A DNA stretch of 64,000 nucleotides, taken from NCBI GenBank assembly GCA_965216565.1, contig OZ244170.1:4672001-4736000 (forward strand), in the 5' to 3' direction. This DNA comes from Bythopirellula sp. GTDB lineage: Bacteria; Planctomycetota; Planctomycetia; Pirellulales; Lacipirellulaceae. A program made the translations under genes and the position numbers. Shown piece by piece: positions 48,427 to 59,502 of the stretch. A model generated the notes under the pieces. The model did not search any database, was not told the origin of the DNA, and saw only the letters and a list, made by a program, of their open reading frames with translations. Numbering within the stretch: position 1 is the first letter of the stretch; each line of letters begins with the position of its first letter.

Positions 48427-49731
48427 GTGCGAATTCACGAGCAGCCAAAACCAACTCGGCAGCAACATCTATTGTCGACCGCTGCATCGATTCTCTCGCT
48501 AACAATAGGTTTCAGTTCGCTACTTGCTACCTCCAGCGCCCAACCTATGTTTGCTCCCCCGGCGGCGCCCAATCCGTCCGCTGTACGGGGTGTTCAAGAT
48601 TTGGGGACCGTCACCACGTCGCCAGCCACCATTGCGCCAGCTCCGGTTACTCCGACTATCCCCAAAAGATATACGGGCGTATCGACCACAGGTGGAACAG
48701 AAAACGCCAAGCCGCTGAAGAGCGGCGAGATTATCGCTCGCATTGACGGACAGATCGTGCTGGCGAGTGACCTGCTTTGGCAAGTCAATAAAATCCTCGA
48801 CGCCAATGCCGACCGGATTCCTCCAGGGCAACGCGATACCATTGCCAACCAGATCATGAAGCAGCAGCTGTTGAGTATGATCGATACGAAACTACTGTAC
48901 GCTGATTTCCGTCGCACAGTGCCTCCCGAGAACATTCCCAGTGTGGAAGAAAACCTACAAAAGCCGTTCGAGGAGCATGAGGTTCCTCGCTTGATGGAAT
49001 TGTTCGAGGTGGAGAGCCCGAAACAATTAAGCAAAGAGCTAGCCAAGATCGATACGTCTCTGTCGGACATGCAACGACAGTTCAACGAGCGGACCATTGC
49101 CAGCGAGTGGCTCCGCCAAAAGACGCCGAAGCCCAAGGAGGTAACGTACGATCAGCTCGTGGAGTACTACCAGAAGCATGTGAAACAGGGAGACTACGAC
49201 AACGAGGCAAAAGCGAAATGGGAAGAATTGATGGTCCGCTTCGACAAGTTCGGCGGCGACCGCAATGCAGCCTATCGTGCCATGGCCGAAATCGGCAACG
49301 AGGTGTGGGGCCATGTGGTGGCCAATCCCGATTTGCGGGGGCCTGCTTTCGCCGAGATCGCTGTGAAAAAGTCGCACGGCTTCACAGCTGCCAAGGGTGG
49401 CCAGCACGACTGGACCACCAAAGGCGCACTCCGCAGCAAACAAATTGACGAAGCACTGTTTACGCTCGAAGTGGGCCAGATGAGCAACATTATCGAGTCG
49501 GAGCAGGGTTTCCACGTTATCAGAGTGCTGAAACGCAAAGAAGCAGGCCGCACGCCGTTCACCAAGGCCCAAGCCGACATCCGCAAGAAGCTCGAAGCGG
49601 AGGAGCAGCAGAAGCTCGTCCGGGCCGAGGTCGAGAACATGCGGAAAGATTGCACCATCTGGACGGTCTACGACGGTGAGCTCTCTGGGCCCGAGGTGGC
49701 CGAGATGATGAAGAAGCCCCGACGCAAATAG
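48427..49731 (+). CDS. SurA/PpiC-like peptidyl-prolyl isomerase
   Basis: FAEIAVKKS..GG..W..L..GQMSNIIESEQGFHVIRV; N-terminal membrane/signal segment. Confidence 0.8.
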   Translation: MRIHEQPKPTRQQHLLSTAASILSLTIGFSSLLATSSAQPMFAPPAAPNPSAVRGVQDLGTVTTSPATIAPAPVTPTIPKRYTGVSTTGGTENAKPLKSGEIIARIDGQIVLASDLLWQVNKILDANADRIPPGQRDTIANQIMKQQLLSMIDTKLLYADFRRTVPPENIPSVEENLQKPFEEHEVPRLMELFEVESPKQLSKELAKIDTSLSDMQRQFNERTIASEWLRQKTPKPKEVTYDQLVEYYQKHVKQGDYDNEAKAKWEELMVRFDKFGGDRNAAYRAMAEIGNEVWGHVVANPDLRGPAFAEIAVKKSHGFTAAKGGQHDWTTKGALRSKQIDEALFTLEVGQMSNIIESEQGFHVIRVLKRKEAGRTPFTKAQADIRKKLEAEEQQKLVRAEVENMRKDCTIWTVYDGELSGPEVAEMMKKPRRK

Positions 49732-49982
49732 TGGGAAAAGTTGGAAGTTTGAACGTGGAAGTGTGAAGGAAAAAAAATTGGTCACTTCAACGTTCGAACT
49801 TCCAACGTCAGCCTTCCCGCCCGCACAACCGGGGCGACCTGTTCGATCTGAGTCTATTCAGCGGTTTGCTTGCCGCCTGAGGTCGAACGTGCTGATGCTG
49901 GGTGCGAAAGTTTGACGATAGGGAGTTATATCCTGTCGCAAAATTTCCCTCGCCCCGCAATCCCGTGGAAGGAACTCCAGCC

Positions 49983-50207
49983 ATGTGGCGTTCGCTATTT
50001 TTGGCCCTGGGAGCCTACACCTGTCTATTGGGTGTCGAAGCTCTCGCCGTGGAGAAAGCCGTTCTCAAACAGCCCGAGAATGGGCAACCGCGAAAATTCA
50101 TCAAAGAGGACATCACACCTCCCGAGTGGGCCCCGTGGAGCCTGATGGCCTCCGGAGCCGTGGTGACGCTCTATTCGTTCACCATTCCCCGCCGGGTTGG
50201 GAACTGA
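49983..50207 (+). CDS. Small two-TM membrane protein
   Basis: MWRSLFLALGAY...PEWAPWSLMASGAVVTLYSFTIP; aagga RBS. Confidence 0.7.
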   Translation: MWRSLFLALGAYTCLLGVEALAVEKAVLKQPENGQPRKFIKEDITPPEWAPWSLMASGAVVTLYSFTIPRRVGN

Positions 50208-50610
50208 GGTCAGGGCTTAGAGCTAGGAGCGGAGAGTCCAGAGCTTAGAGTTCAGAGTCGCCTGTTGAAACTATGATGTCATCGGGGCTGCCTCCAGCTA
50301 TCGTAGTCTCGATATGGGGGCGGGCTACGTCGTGTTGTTGCCGTGACGAGACAGGCAATCGAACCTGTTCTCTCGCAGCCTTGTCCACTCAGACAAGGAC
50401 CATTTTGATTCGACGGGCAAAAATAGCACGAGAATCGCAGCCTCTGTTCCGCAAAACGGGCGGGGAATCTTGAGTTTTCTCCCTAAAAGGCTTACTATGG
50501 ATAGGTTTAGGAGAATGCACGAGCAACGAGGCGTTGCTGGGTGCCCTTCCGCGAAGCAGGGCCGAGATTGACGGCCGAATCATTGAAAAGATCTGACACG
50601 AGGAAAAGTT

Positions 50611-52392
50611 GTGGCGACCATCAATAAGAAGAAGTCTGACAAGAAAACCAAAGGTGAACTAACTACCGGAGCCGACATCCTGGTCCAGTCGTTAGTGAAC
50701 CTGGGTGTCGACACTATTTTCGCCTACCCTGGCGGGGCCAGCATGCCCCTGCATCAAGCGCTGACCCGATACAGCGACAAGCTGCGCACCATTTTGCCTC
50801 GGCATGAGCAGGGTGGCGGTTTCGCGGCTCAGGGAGTTACCCGCACCACCGATAAGGTGGGGGTCTGTATGGCTACCAGTGGCCCGGGGGCTACGAATCT
50901 GGTGACCGCCATTGCCGATGCCAAGCTCGACAGCATTGCCATGGTTGCCATTACCGCACAGGTTCCAATCAAGGTGATCGGTAGCGATGCATTTCAGGAA
51001 ACGCCAATTGTCGAAGTTTGCCGTGGGATCACGAAGCACCACTATCTGGTGACCGACGTCAACGATGTGGCTCGCATTGTGAAAGAAGCGTTTCTCATTG
51101 CTTCCTCCGGTCGTCCCGGTCCGGTGCTGATCGATGTTCCGAAGAACGTTCAGCTCGAGCAATGTGTGCCCGATTACGAAACAGATCTCGATTTGCCCGG
51201 CTACAGTTTCGACTTGCCCTTGGCAGCTCCCGAACAAATCAACCAAATCGCCGCGGCCATCAAGCTTGCCAAGCGGCCCGTCATTTACGCCGGTGGCGGA
51301 ATTATTCTCGCCGAGGCCAGCGAACAGTTGCGGGAACTGGTGAAGAAGACTGGCATCCCAATTACCACCACAGTCATGGGTCTGGGTGCTTATCCGGGCG
51401 ACGATCCTTTGTCGCTCGACATGCTCGGCATGCACGGATCGGTGTACTCGAATCTGGCTGTCGACGAGGCCGACTTGCTAATCGCCTTGGGCGTACGATT
51501 CGATGATCGTGTGACCGGCAAAGTCGAGGAATTCTGCAAGCATGGCAAGATTATTCATGTTGATGTCGATGCTTCGGAACTCAACAAGAACAAGCCGGCA
51601 CACATCCCTGTATGTAGCGACGTGAAGTTTGCCCTGGAAGAACTCAACAAGATTGTTGAGGCTCCCGAAGATATCAGCGACTGGGTTGCCCAGTGCCAAG
51701 AGTGGAAAAAGGAAGAGCCTTTTTCGTACGACACCTCCTACCCGGGCATCACCCAGCAGCGTGCCATCCAGGAACTATGGAAGCTGACGCGGGACAAAGA
51801 TCCGATTATTTCGGTAGGCGTCGGACAGCATCAGATGTGGGCTGCCCAATTCTATAAGTTCGCCGAACCAAAGCGTTGGATGAGTTCTAGCGGCTTGGGC
51901 ACGATGGGCTTTGGTCTCCCCGCTGCCATGGGAGCTCAGGCGGCGAATCCCGATCGGTTGGTGTTCGACATCGACGGAGATGGTAGCTTCCTAATGAACA
52001 TTCAGGAAATGGCCACCTGCGTGTGTGAAAAGTTGCCGGTGAAGGTGCTGCTTTTGAACAATCAGCATCTCGGTATGGTGGTTCAATGGGAAGACCGCTT
52101 TATGCAAGGCAATCGGGCCCACACGTACCTAGGCCCCGTCGACAACCCTGAAGCCCACGGCAAGGGCGATGGAATTGGCCCCGACGAGCGCTATCCCGAC
52201 TTTGTCTCCATCGCCAAAGGCTTTGGATGGGGCAGCTCCTATGTCAAAGAGCAATCGGACTTAACTGACGCCCTGCAGACTATGATCGACTACGACGGGC
52301 CGTACCTGCTGGACGTGGAAGTGCCCTATCAAGAGCATGTGTTACCGATGATTCCCAGCGGCGGCACGGTGAAGGATCTCATTAAAGAGTAA
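50611..52392 (+). CDS. ilvB: Acetolactate synthase large subunit
   Basis: [29 protein letters not shown]. Confidence 0.95.
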   Translation: MATINKKKSDKKTKGELTTGADILVQSLVNLGVDTIFAYPGGASMPLHQALTRYSDKLRTILPRHEQGGGFAAQGVTRTTDKVGVCMATSGPGATNLVTAIADAKLDSIAMVAITAQVPIKVIGSDAFQETPIVEVCRGITKHHYLVTDVNDVARIVKEAFLIASSGRPGPVLIDVPKNVQLEQCVPDYETDLDLPGYSFDLPLAAPEQINQIAAAIKLAKRPVIYAGGGIILAEASEQLRELVKKTGIPITTTVMGLGAYPGDDPLSLDMLGMHGSVYSNLAVDEADLLIALGVRFDDRVTGKVEEFCKHGKIIHVDVDASELNKNKPAHIPVCSDVKFALEELNKIVEAPEDISDWVAQCQEWKKEEPFSYDTSYPGITQQRAIQELWKLTRDKDPIISVGVGQHQMWAAQFYKFAEPKRWMSSSGLGTMGFGLPAAMGAQAANPDRLVFDIDGDGSFLMNIQEMATCVCEKLPVKVLLLNNQHLGMVVQWEDRFMQGNRAHTYLGPVDNPEAHGKGDGIGPDERYPDFVSIAKGFGWGSSYVKEQSDLTDALQTMIDYDGPYLLDVEVPYQEHVLPMIPSGGTVKDLIKE

Positions 52393-52419
52393 CGAATCGC
52401 ATCTTTCAAATAGTGAAAC

Positions 52420-52460
52420 AAAAAAAGCCCGCGGCGGATTGCTGCGGGCTTTCTCTTTTT
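52420..52460. terminator. Bidirectional rho-independent terminator
   Basis: aaagcccgcggc-ggatt-gctgcgggcttt with A and T tails between convergent genes. Confidence 0.82.
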
Positions 52461-52508
52461 GATTTTACTGTTCTCTTAACACTCGTCCCTAGACTCTCCA
52501 CTCTAAGA

Positions 52509-52733
52509 TCAGCTCTCAGTCGTGGCTGCTGCCTCGTCACCTTCTTCTTCCTTCTTCTTTTTCTTCTTCTTCATCACGAGCTTGCGAACCCGTACCTTTG
52601 GCAGGCCGAGTGGCGAGTCGCCTTCCTGCCAGCGATCGGCTTCCTTAAGCTGCTGTAGACGTTCCATCCGAGTTAGCACGCTACGGTTGGTGGAGCCACC
52701 CCGACGGATTTTCAGGCTTTTATCAATGGTCAT
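52509..52733 (-). CDS. PVC-type small basic protein (TIGR04137-like)
   Basis: SLK..RSVLTRMERL..W..GDSPLGLPKVRV, poly-Lys tail. Confidence 0.85.
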   Translation of the reverse strand: MTIDKSLKIRRGGSTNRSVLTRMERLQQLKEADRWQEGDSPLGLPKVRVRKLVMKKKKKKKEEEGDEAAATTES

Positions 52734-53017
52734 CTTAAAATCCCGCTGTTTCTCTAACGCGCTATTTCTCTAACGCTAATTCTCAAATCTGCCGGAGCCC
52801 TGCAGTGGGGCCGTGGCAATGGATATCGGCGAATCACCCAATATAGCCAATTCTGGCTGGTCCGCAATTGGGGGTGGCACGCGGTACTGGTTCGCTTTCA
52901 CTATGCGGGTTGGGGGCGGGTAAGGCCCTACTGTGGGTGCCTGGGGTCCGAAGTGAACCTCTACCTGGCATCTCGGGGTTCCTAGGCGATCCCAGGGGAT
53001 TCCTGCTCGGTTCGACC

Positions 53018-53347
53018 CTAATGCTTTCCAAATCCCTGACCGTCAGAACCCGAGGCCTCGTCCTTTTGCCTCTGGATAGCTCTCTTGACCTTGCGGGCCC
53101 GTACTGCCAGCACGAAGGCCCACAGGCTGAGAAAGGCAGCAACCATGGCTGCCACCACCCACAGTTTTCGAAAGTCGCCCGCCTGAGCCTCATCGCTGGG
53201 TGCCATATAGGCCCCCAGGGCTAGCAATATACCCCAGCCCGTCAGGCAGCCGGCAATCACCAGTACCATGATTCGGGATTGCTTTTCGGGTTGCTGGTCG
53301 GAGTGGTTCTCGGAGTTCATTGGATATTGGCTCGCATCGGAGGCCAT
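53018..53347 (-). CDS. Small two-TM hypothetical membrane protein
   Basis: Two hydrophobic segments. Confidence 0.65.
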   Translation of the reverse strand: MASDASQYPMNSENHSDQQPEKQSRIMVLVIAGCLTGWGILLALGAYMAPSDEAQAGDFRKLWVVAAMVAAFLSLWAFVLAVRARKVKRAIQRQKDEASGSDGQGFGKH

Positions 53348-53600
53348 TAGTCTTTATTGAGCGAGGGCATCTCAAGGAGCCCCTGTTACCCAGTTAGCGC
53401 AAAAGCGTGAGAGTCGGTCGTGCAATTCGAGATACTTTACTCGAAACTCCGTAGTTGGGGACCCGAAATGCGGAATTACCGCAGCGTTACCCAACAGCCG
53501 CTAGACAAACGAATTGCAATGTGCATTGTAACAGTTTCGGACCATTGTGTTTGAATCATAGTACGTTCGTATCAGCAGCCATCAAGATAGGTAGAGCGCG

Positions 53601-54713
53601 ATGATAGTTGGTGTTCCACGCGAGGTGAAGCAAGACGAGTACCGGGTTTCTATGTTGCCGGTGGGTGTCGAGGAACTGGTCCGACGGGGCCACCAAGTAC
53701 TTGTAGAGAAGGGTGCAGGCACCGGCTCAGGATTGGCCGACGAGGATTACCAGGAGCAAGGGGCCGAACTGATCGAGGGCCCGGCGGATATCTTTGCCCG
53801 CGCCGATATGATCGTGAAGGTCAAGGAACCGCAAGAGTCTGAGTGGAAGATGATGCGGGATGGGCAGATTATGTTCACCTACTTTCACTTTGCCGCGGAC
53901 GAAAAGCTGACCCGCGCGGTGTTAAAATCTGGTAGTACCGCCGTTGCCTACGAAACACTCGAAGATCACCGGGGCCAATTGCCGCTGCTGACGCCGATGA
54001 GCGAAGTAGCGGGCCGCATGAGTGTGCAGGAAGGTGCCAAGTATCTGGAGCGCCCCCAAATGGGTCGCGGCATTCTGCTCGGCGGAGTTCCCGGCGTCGC
54101 CCCGGCAAACATCACGATCTTGGGCGGTGGCGTGGTGGGAGCCAACGCGGCGAAGATCGCCGCCGGTTTCAACGCCAACATCGGCCTGCTGGATATCAAC
54201 ATGGATCGCCTCCGCTACCTCGACGACATCATGCCAGCCAACGTCGACGTGCTGTTTAGCGACCGTCACACCATTCGCGATCAACTGGAACGGGCTGATC
54301 TCGTGGTGGGCGCCGTCCTCATTCCTGGTGCGAAAGCGCCGCGACTCGTGGAAGAGGAAGATCTCAAGCGGATGAAGCCGGGAAGCGTGATTATCGATGT
54401 CGCTATCGACCAGGGCGGTTGTATCGCGACGAGTCGACCGACTTCGCATAGCGAACCGACCTACATGGTGCACGATGTGTTGCACTACTGTGTAACGAAC
54501 ATGCCGGGTGCCGTCGGCCGCACAAGCACATATGCCCTGTGCAATGTGACGCTGCCTTGGACGTTGAAGATCGCCGAATTGGGCATAGAGAAAGCTGCTC
54601 AAGAATTCCTGCCCGTAGCGAAGGCCGTGAATACTCACGGGGGCAAGGTGACCAACGAACCGGTGGCTGAGACGTTTGGCTTAGAATATTCGCCAATGTC
54701 CACGGCAAGTTAA
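53601..54713 (+). CDS. ald: Alanine dehydrogenase
   Basis: GVPREVK, KVKEP, PMSEVAGR, VAIDQGGC, NMPGAV. Confidence 0.96.
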   Translation: MIVGVPREVKQDEYRVSMLPVGVEELVRRGHQVLVEKGAGTGSGLADEDYQEQGAELIEGPADIFARADMIVKVKEPQESEWKMMRDGQIMFTYFHFAADEKLTRAVLKSGSTAVAYETLEDHRGQLPLLTPMSEVAGRMSVQEGAKYLERPQMGRGILLGGVPGVAPANITILGGGVVGANAAKIAAGFNANIGLLDINMDRLRYLDDIMPANVDVLFSDRHTIRDQLERADLVVGAVLIPGAKAPRLVEEEDLKRMKPGSVIIDVAIDQGGCIATSRPTSHSEPTYMVHDVLHYCVTNMPGAVGRTSTYALCNVTLPWTLKIAELGIEKAAQEFLPVAKAVNTHGGKVTNEPVAETFGLEYSPMSTAS

Positions 54714-54822
54714 GCCTTTCTCGATCGAACCTCGCTTGGGCGGCGGCTGTCTAAAACAGCAGCCAAAATTGCCCCGATATCCGCTGCCTTCTCCACGCAC
54801 CCGGCCCAGCGACATTGTTCTC

Positions 54823-54842
54823 GTTATAACATGTGTTATAAT
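54823..54842 (+). promoter_or_regulatory. Candidate TA operator and -10 box
   Basis: gttataac-atgt-gttataat tandem palindromes containing TATAAT, just upstream of the antitoxin. Confidence 0.55.
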
Positions 54843-54863
54843 ATGGGTGGGAGATCCAAAGCC

Positions 54864-55088
54864 ATGACGACAGTAAAAGTAACGAAAATCGGCAACTCGG
54901 TGGGCATTGTCTTGCCCAAGGAGATTTTGGAACGATTGCGCGTTAGCCAAGGCGATCAGCTTCACATCTGTGAGACACCCGACGGCGTTTCGCTCACGCC
55001 CTACGACAGCGAGTTCGAGCAGCAGATGGAAGTGGCGGAGCAAGTGATGCGCGAAGATCGTGACGTTCTGCGCAAGCTAGCTGAATAG
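54864..55088 (+). CDS. AbrB/MazE-type antitoxin
   Basis: KVTKIGNSVGIVLPKE..GD. Confidence 0.9.
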   Translation: MTTVKVTKIGNSVGIVLPKEILERLRVSQGDQLHICETPDGVSLTPYDSEFEQQMEVAEQVMREDRDVLRKLAE

Positions 55089-55094
55089 CAAAAA

Positions 55095-55487
55095 ATGAAC
55101 GAGCCTCGATGGATTCATGAGGAAGCCGTTCTCGCGATGCATCAGCGTCAATTGGCTGAGCATGGTGGCATGGACGGAGTGCGCGATCCTGGTCTGCTCT
55201 CATCGGCATTGGCTCGAGCTAGACATCTGTTTGCATATGCTGGTGATTCTATCGATTTGCCAGCATTAGGTGCTGCGTATGCTTTCGGAATTGCACGAAA
55301 CCATCCATTCATTGATGGGAACAAAAGAACCGCGTTTGTTGTGTGCCGCACATTCCTAATCATCAATGGAAGTGACTTCGAAGCCACTAAGGAGGAGAAA
55401 TATAACACCTTCTTGCAGCTTGCCGAGGGTTCGGTCACAGAAGAAGAACTGGCAAACTGGATTCGGGAGCACTTGCAGCAACGCTAA
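55095..55487 (+). CDS. doc: Doc (Fic family) toxin
   Basis: NHPFIDGNKRTA motif; follows the antitoxin. Confidence 0.92.
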   Translation: MNEPRWIHEEAVLAMHQRQLAEHGGMDGVRDPGLLSSALARARHLFAYAGDSIDLPALGAAYAFGIARNHPFIDGNKRTAFVVCRTFLIINGSDFEATKEEKYNTFLQLAEGSVTEEELANWIREHLQQR

Positions 55488-55515
55488 ATCTATCCAGCGA
55501 AAATAGGAGGCGCGC

Positions 55516-57162
55516 ATGTCTCATCCTTCCATCGGCCAATATCTGATCCAGCGATTGCAGGATTACGGGATCGAAGATCTGTTTGGCATTCCCGGCGACT
55601 ATGTGCTCTCGTTCTACACCATGCTGGAAGAGAGTCCGATCAATACGGTCGGCTGCACGCGGGAGGACTGTGCGGGGTTTGCCGCGGATGCCTATGCTCG
55701 AGTGCGGGGGATGGGCGCAATCTGTGTGACCTACTGTGTGGGTGGATTGAGTGTTTGCAATTCGGTTGCCGGGGCGTATGCGGAGAAGTCGCCGGTGGTG
55801 GTCATCAGCGGATCGCCGGGGTTGGGGGAGCGGATTCACAATCCTCTGTTGCACCACATGGTTCGAAATTGGCGAACCCAGTACGACGTGTTTGAGAAGC
55901 TCTGCGTCGCCGGCGCGGAACTCAACGACCCCCTCACCGCTTTCCGAGAAATCGACCGCGTCCTGGCAACCTGCCAGCGTTACAAGCGGCCCGTCTATTT
56001 GGAGCTGCCGCGTGACATGGTGCACGTGCGGCCGGAAGTAACGCCTCCCTACGAGCAATTGGAACTTGTCAGCGATCCCGCGGCATTGGCGGAGGCGATT
56101 GCCGAGGCGACTTCGCGAATTGAATCGGCCCGCCAGCCCGTTCTGTTGTTAGGCGTCGAAGTTCACCGATTCGGTTTGCAGGACTTGGTGCTCAAACTAG
56201 CCGAGAGCACAGGCATTCCCATGGCAGCTACGATGCTAGGCAAGGGCGTGGTGGCAGAAACGCATCCGCAATACATGGGGCTGTACGAAGGGGCTTTAGG
56301 CCGCGAGGAGGTCACCAAGTTTGTCGAGGAAAGCGACTGCGTCGTCATGCTCGGCACGTTCATGACCGATATCAACCTAGGTATCTACACAGCGAAGCTC
56401 GACATTGGCAAATGCATCTACGCCACTAGCGAAAAGCTCCGCGTGCGGCATCATCACTACCACGACGTGCGGCTAGAAGATTTTCTCGAGGGACTCGTCA
56501 ATCGAGGGCTTACTCCGAAATCGAAGTTGCCTCCGGCGCCAACGGAGTGGAACAAAGAGCCGTTCCAATTAGTTGCCGAGGCACCGATCACCATCACACG
56601 ACTGATCGATAGGCTGGACGAGCAACTCGACGAAACCATTGTTGTGGCCGACATCGGCGATGCACTATTTGCTTCCACGGAACTTACCACACGAGGCCGG
56701 ACAGAGTTCTTAAGCCCGGCCTACTATACCTCGATGGGATTTTCAGTGCCCGCTGCTTTAGGGGCTCAAGTGGCTCGGCCCGACGCGCGTGTTGTGGCTA
56801 TTGCTGGTGACGGCGCGTTTCAAATGACGGGGATGGAACTTTCGAGCATCGTGCGACAGAACATGCCCGTGATTCTCATTGTGCTCAATAATGGTGGCTA
56901 TGGCACCGAGCGGTTATTGCACCCTGGCGAGTACGACTTCAACGACATCCATTCTTGGGACTACCACAAGCTGCCAGAACTCCTCGGCGGAGGGACTGGC
57001 TATGAGGTTCGCACAGAAGGAGACTTCGACAGGGCGATCACCGCAGCCTGGCAAGACACAACTGGCCCCAGCATCTTGCACGTCTATCTGGACCGAAATG
57101 ACTGCAGTCAGGCGCTCGACCGCCTAGGCACGATGATGAGCCAGACGGTCATTCAGAAATAA
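55516..57162 (+). CDS. ThDP-dependent alpha-keto acid decarboxylase (pyruvate/indolepyruvate decarboxylase family)
   Basis: [32 protein letters not shown]. Confidence 0.9.
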   Translation: MSHPSIGQYLIQRLQDYGIEDLFGIPGDYVLSFYTMLEESPINTVGCTREDCAGFAADAYARVRGMGAICVTYCVGGLSVCNSVAGAYAEKSPVVVISGSPGLGERIHNPLLHHMVRNWRTQYDVFEKLCVAGAELNDPLTAFREIDRVLATCQRYKRPVYLELPRDMVHVRPEVTPPYEQLELVSDPAALAEAIAEATSRIESARQPVLLLGVEVHRFGLQDLVLKLAESTGIPMAATMLGKGVVAETHPQYMGLYEGALGREEVTKFVEESDCVVMLGTFMTDINLGIYTAKLDIGKCIYATSEKLRVRHHHYHDVRLEDFLEGLVNRGLTPKSKLPPAPTEWNKEPFQLVAEAPITITRLIDRLDEQLDETIVVADIGDALFASTELTTRGRTEFLSPAYYTSMGFSVPAALGAQVARPDARVVAIAGDGAFQMTGMELSSIVRQNMPVILIVLNNGGYGTERLLHPGEYDFNDIHSWDYHKLPELLGGGTGYEVRTEGDFDRAITAAWQDTTGPSILHVYLDRNDCSQALDRLGTMMSQTVIQK

Positions 57163-57347
57163 TGGAATTAGGAGTATTCTCGCAGCATCGCCACAGTCGA
57201 TCTGCCATCGCTTCTAGTTTTGTCTTCATGCTTGTCGTGGTTGATTTCTCCGCGGCTACGCATCTCTCCGAGAGACATATCTGTTGCTAGAATAGAGCCA
57301 GACTAGCCAAGCCAGATACATCCCCCTTCTCCATTCCGCCTTGCACA

Positions 57348-58127
57348 ATGAGCATTTTTTCCCCGATTCTAGTTTTCCTACTCGCACTCACCTTGGCGTT
57401 GATAGTCATTCGTGTTGGCACGATGGCACTTATGTTGACGGGGCTCTCGCGCGAGGCAGCCCGATTCCAATCGCACTCGGCTTTTACGGGGGTTGGATTT
57501 ACGACGGACGAATCGGAATCAATCATGGGCCATCCCGTACGGCGTCATTTGACGATGGCACTAATGATGCTGGGCAATATTGGCATCGCCACGGTGATTG
57601 CGACGCTGACGGCGGCCCTAATTAGTCAAACTACCGCCGACGAATGGGTGATGAGCATCGTCCTGTTGGCACTGGGAATTGGTTTGCTCGTCGTGTTAGC
57701 CAAGAGCCGGTGGGTGGAACGACAACTAAACAGACCAATCGCTTTTGCGCTAAGTAAGTTCACCCATCTCGACGTGCGAGATTATGTTTCGCTGTTGAAT
57801 CTCTCTAGCGGTTTTGCCGTGTACGAGATTTTGGTCCACGCCGATGATTGGGTGGCGAACAAATCGTTAATCGAACTGGGACTCGCCCGCGAGGGCATCT
57901 TGGTGCTCGGCATTCAAAGACAGAACAAAAACTATATCGGAGCCCCTTCGGGCAACAGCCGCATTCGGTCGGGCGACAATCTGGTAATCTACGGTTCGCT
58001 AGAACACGTGCGAGAACTCGATACTCGCCCCGCCGGTGAAGAGGGCGATAATGCCCACGCTAAGGCGACCGAAGAGTACGACAGCTACCTCACCGAAGTG
58101 CAGGATGACGATGTGGTGACGAGGTAG
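57348..58127 (+). CDS. Membrane protein with a K+-channel-like pore motif and TrkA-C domain
   Basis: SAFTGVGFTT, LVLGIQR..P..IRSGD. Confidence 0.8.
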   Translation: MSIFSPILVFLLALTLALIVIRVGTMALMLTGLSREAARFQSHSAFTGVGFTTDESESIMGHPVRRHLTMALMMLGNIGIATVIATLTAALISQTTADEWVMSIVLLALGIGLLVVLAKSRWVERQLNRPIAFALSKFTHLDVRDYVSLLNLSSGFAVYEILVHADDWVANKSLIELGLAREGILVLGIQRQNKNYIGAPSGNSRIRSGDNLVIYGSLEHVRELDTRPAGEEGDNAHAKATEEYDSYLTEVQDDDVVTR

Positions 58128-58191
58128 AATGCAATAGAATCTTGGTCAACGCCACTTTTTTGGAACTGCTAAATCACCATCGAGATTTTTC

Positions 58192-59502
58192 ATGGAACGA
58201 GCCCTTCGTAGTACATTGTTTTCAGTCCTCGCCCTATTAGCGGTTGGCATTGCCGGTTCCTGGAGCGACAACGCTCAGGGAGAGGTGCTGGAAACAACTA
58301 ACGAACAGCAGTGGTACCGTGGCAATCTGCACACCCACTCGCATTGGAGCGATGGGGACGATTATCTGGAGATGATCGCACTCTGGTATCGTGAGCATGG
58401 TTATCAGTTCTTAGTGTTCACTGATCACAATGTCTTGGCCAACACTGAGCGGTGGATCGACGTGAAGAAGAGCAAGGGTGGTTTAGAGGCCTTTGAAAAA
58501 CTGAAGGCAAAGTTTCCGGCACATGTGCAAGAACGGACAACTGAGGAAGGAAACCTTGAGACTCGCCTCCGCACATTTCAGGAAGTTGCCACCCAATTTA
58601 ACGATCCCGGCAAATTCACGCTTATTCAAGGCGAGGAAATTAGTGATCGGTTCGAGGAAAAGCCCATTCATCTCTGCGCGGGAAATATCGTGGATGTGAT
58701 TCCACCGATGCAGGGTGACTCTGTTTTTGACACGATTCAAAACAATGTCCGCGCGGTGATTGTCCAGCGAGAGAAAACGGGCCAGCCGATGATCGTGCAT
58801 TTGAATCACCCAAATTATGGGTATGCCGTGACAGCCGAGGAGTTGATGCGGGTGCGGGGGGAACGGTTCTTCGAAGTTTACAATGGCCATCCTAGCGTGT
58901 TCAACTCGGGCGACGAGCAGCATGCTGGTACAGAGCGGATGTGGGACGTCATGCTCACCCTCCGTCTCACAGAATTGCAGTTGCCGATGTTGTACGGGCT
59001 GGCTGTCGATGATGGGCACAATTACCATTCGATGACCGAGCACCACAGCAACCCGGGAAGAGGGTGGGTGATGGTTCTGGCTGAAGAGCTGACTGCTGAG
59101 TCGCTGATTGAATCGCTCGAGACCGGCAAGTTTTACGCGTCTTGTGGTGTGGAACTGAGCCGCATATCACAAAACAAATCAGGAATTGCGATCGAGATCG
59201 AACCGGTCGAGGGCGAAACCTATGTCACCGAATTCATCGGCACACGGCGTGGATTCGATCGCGGGAGTAAACCCGTGACTGATAACGAGGGCAAGGAGCT
59301 TCACGCCACACGGATTTACAGCGATGATATCGGCGAGACCTTCAAAAAAGTCGAAGGCACCCGAGCCGAATACCAATTTACCGGCGACGAAATCTACGTT
59401 CGCGCACGGGTCACCTCCTCCGCTCCGCAACCCAATCCGGGAGAAGCTGGCGATCGCAAACGTGCTTGGGTGCAACCGATGCTAGGGCCCGCCGTGGACT
59501 AG
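58192..59502 (+). CDS. Secreted PHP-domain metallohydrolase
   Basis: GNLHTHSHWSDG, TDHN, NHP, EVYN, DDGH. Confidence 0.82.
   Translation: MERALRSTLFSVLALLAVGIAGSWSDNAQGEVLETTNEQQWYRGNLHTHSHWSDGDDYLEMIALWYREHGYQFLVFTDHNVLANTERWIDVKKSKGGLEAFEKLKAKFPAHVQERTTEEGNLETRLRTFQEVATQFNDPGKFTLIQGEEISDRFEEKPIHLCAGNIVDVIPPMQGDSVFDTIQNNVRAVIVQREKTGQPMIVHLNHPNYGYAVTAEELMRVRGERFFEVYNGHPSVFNSGDEQHAGTERMWDVMLTLRLTELQLPMLYGLAVDDGHNYHSMTEHHSNPGRGWVMVLAEELTAESLIESLETGKFYASCGVELSRISQNKSGIAIEIEPVEGETYVTEFIGTRRGFDRGSKPVTDNEGKELHATRIYSDDIGETFKKVEGTRAEYQFTGDEIYVRARVTSSAPQPNPGEAGDRKRAWVQPMLGPAVD

Noticed and set aside
52509..52733. Poly-Lys small protein as a novel family or a member of the peptide family at 11-12.5 kb
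   Set aside because: It matches the known PVC small basic protein pattern and lacks the G-x-H-x-R..W tail
54864..55487. Toxin-antitoxin pair as a marker of a genomic island
   Set aside because: Ordinary AbrB/Doc module with no integrase, att site or flanking repeats seen
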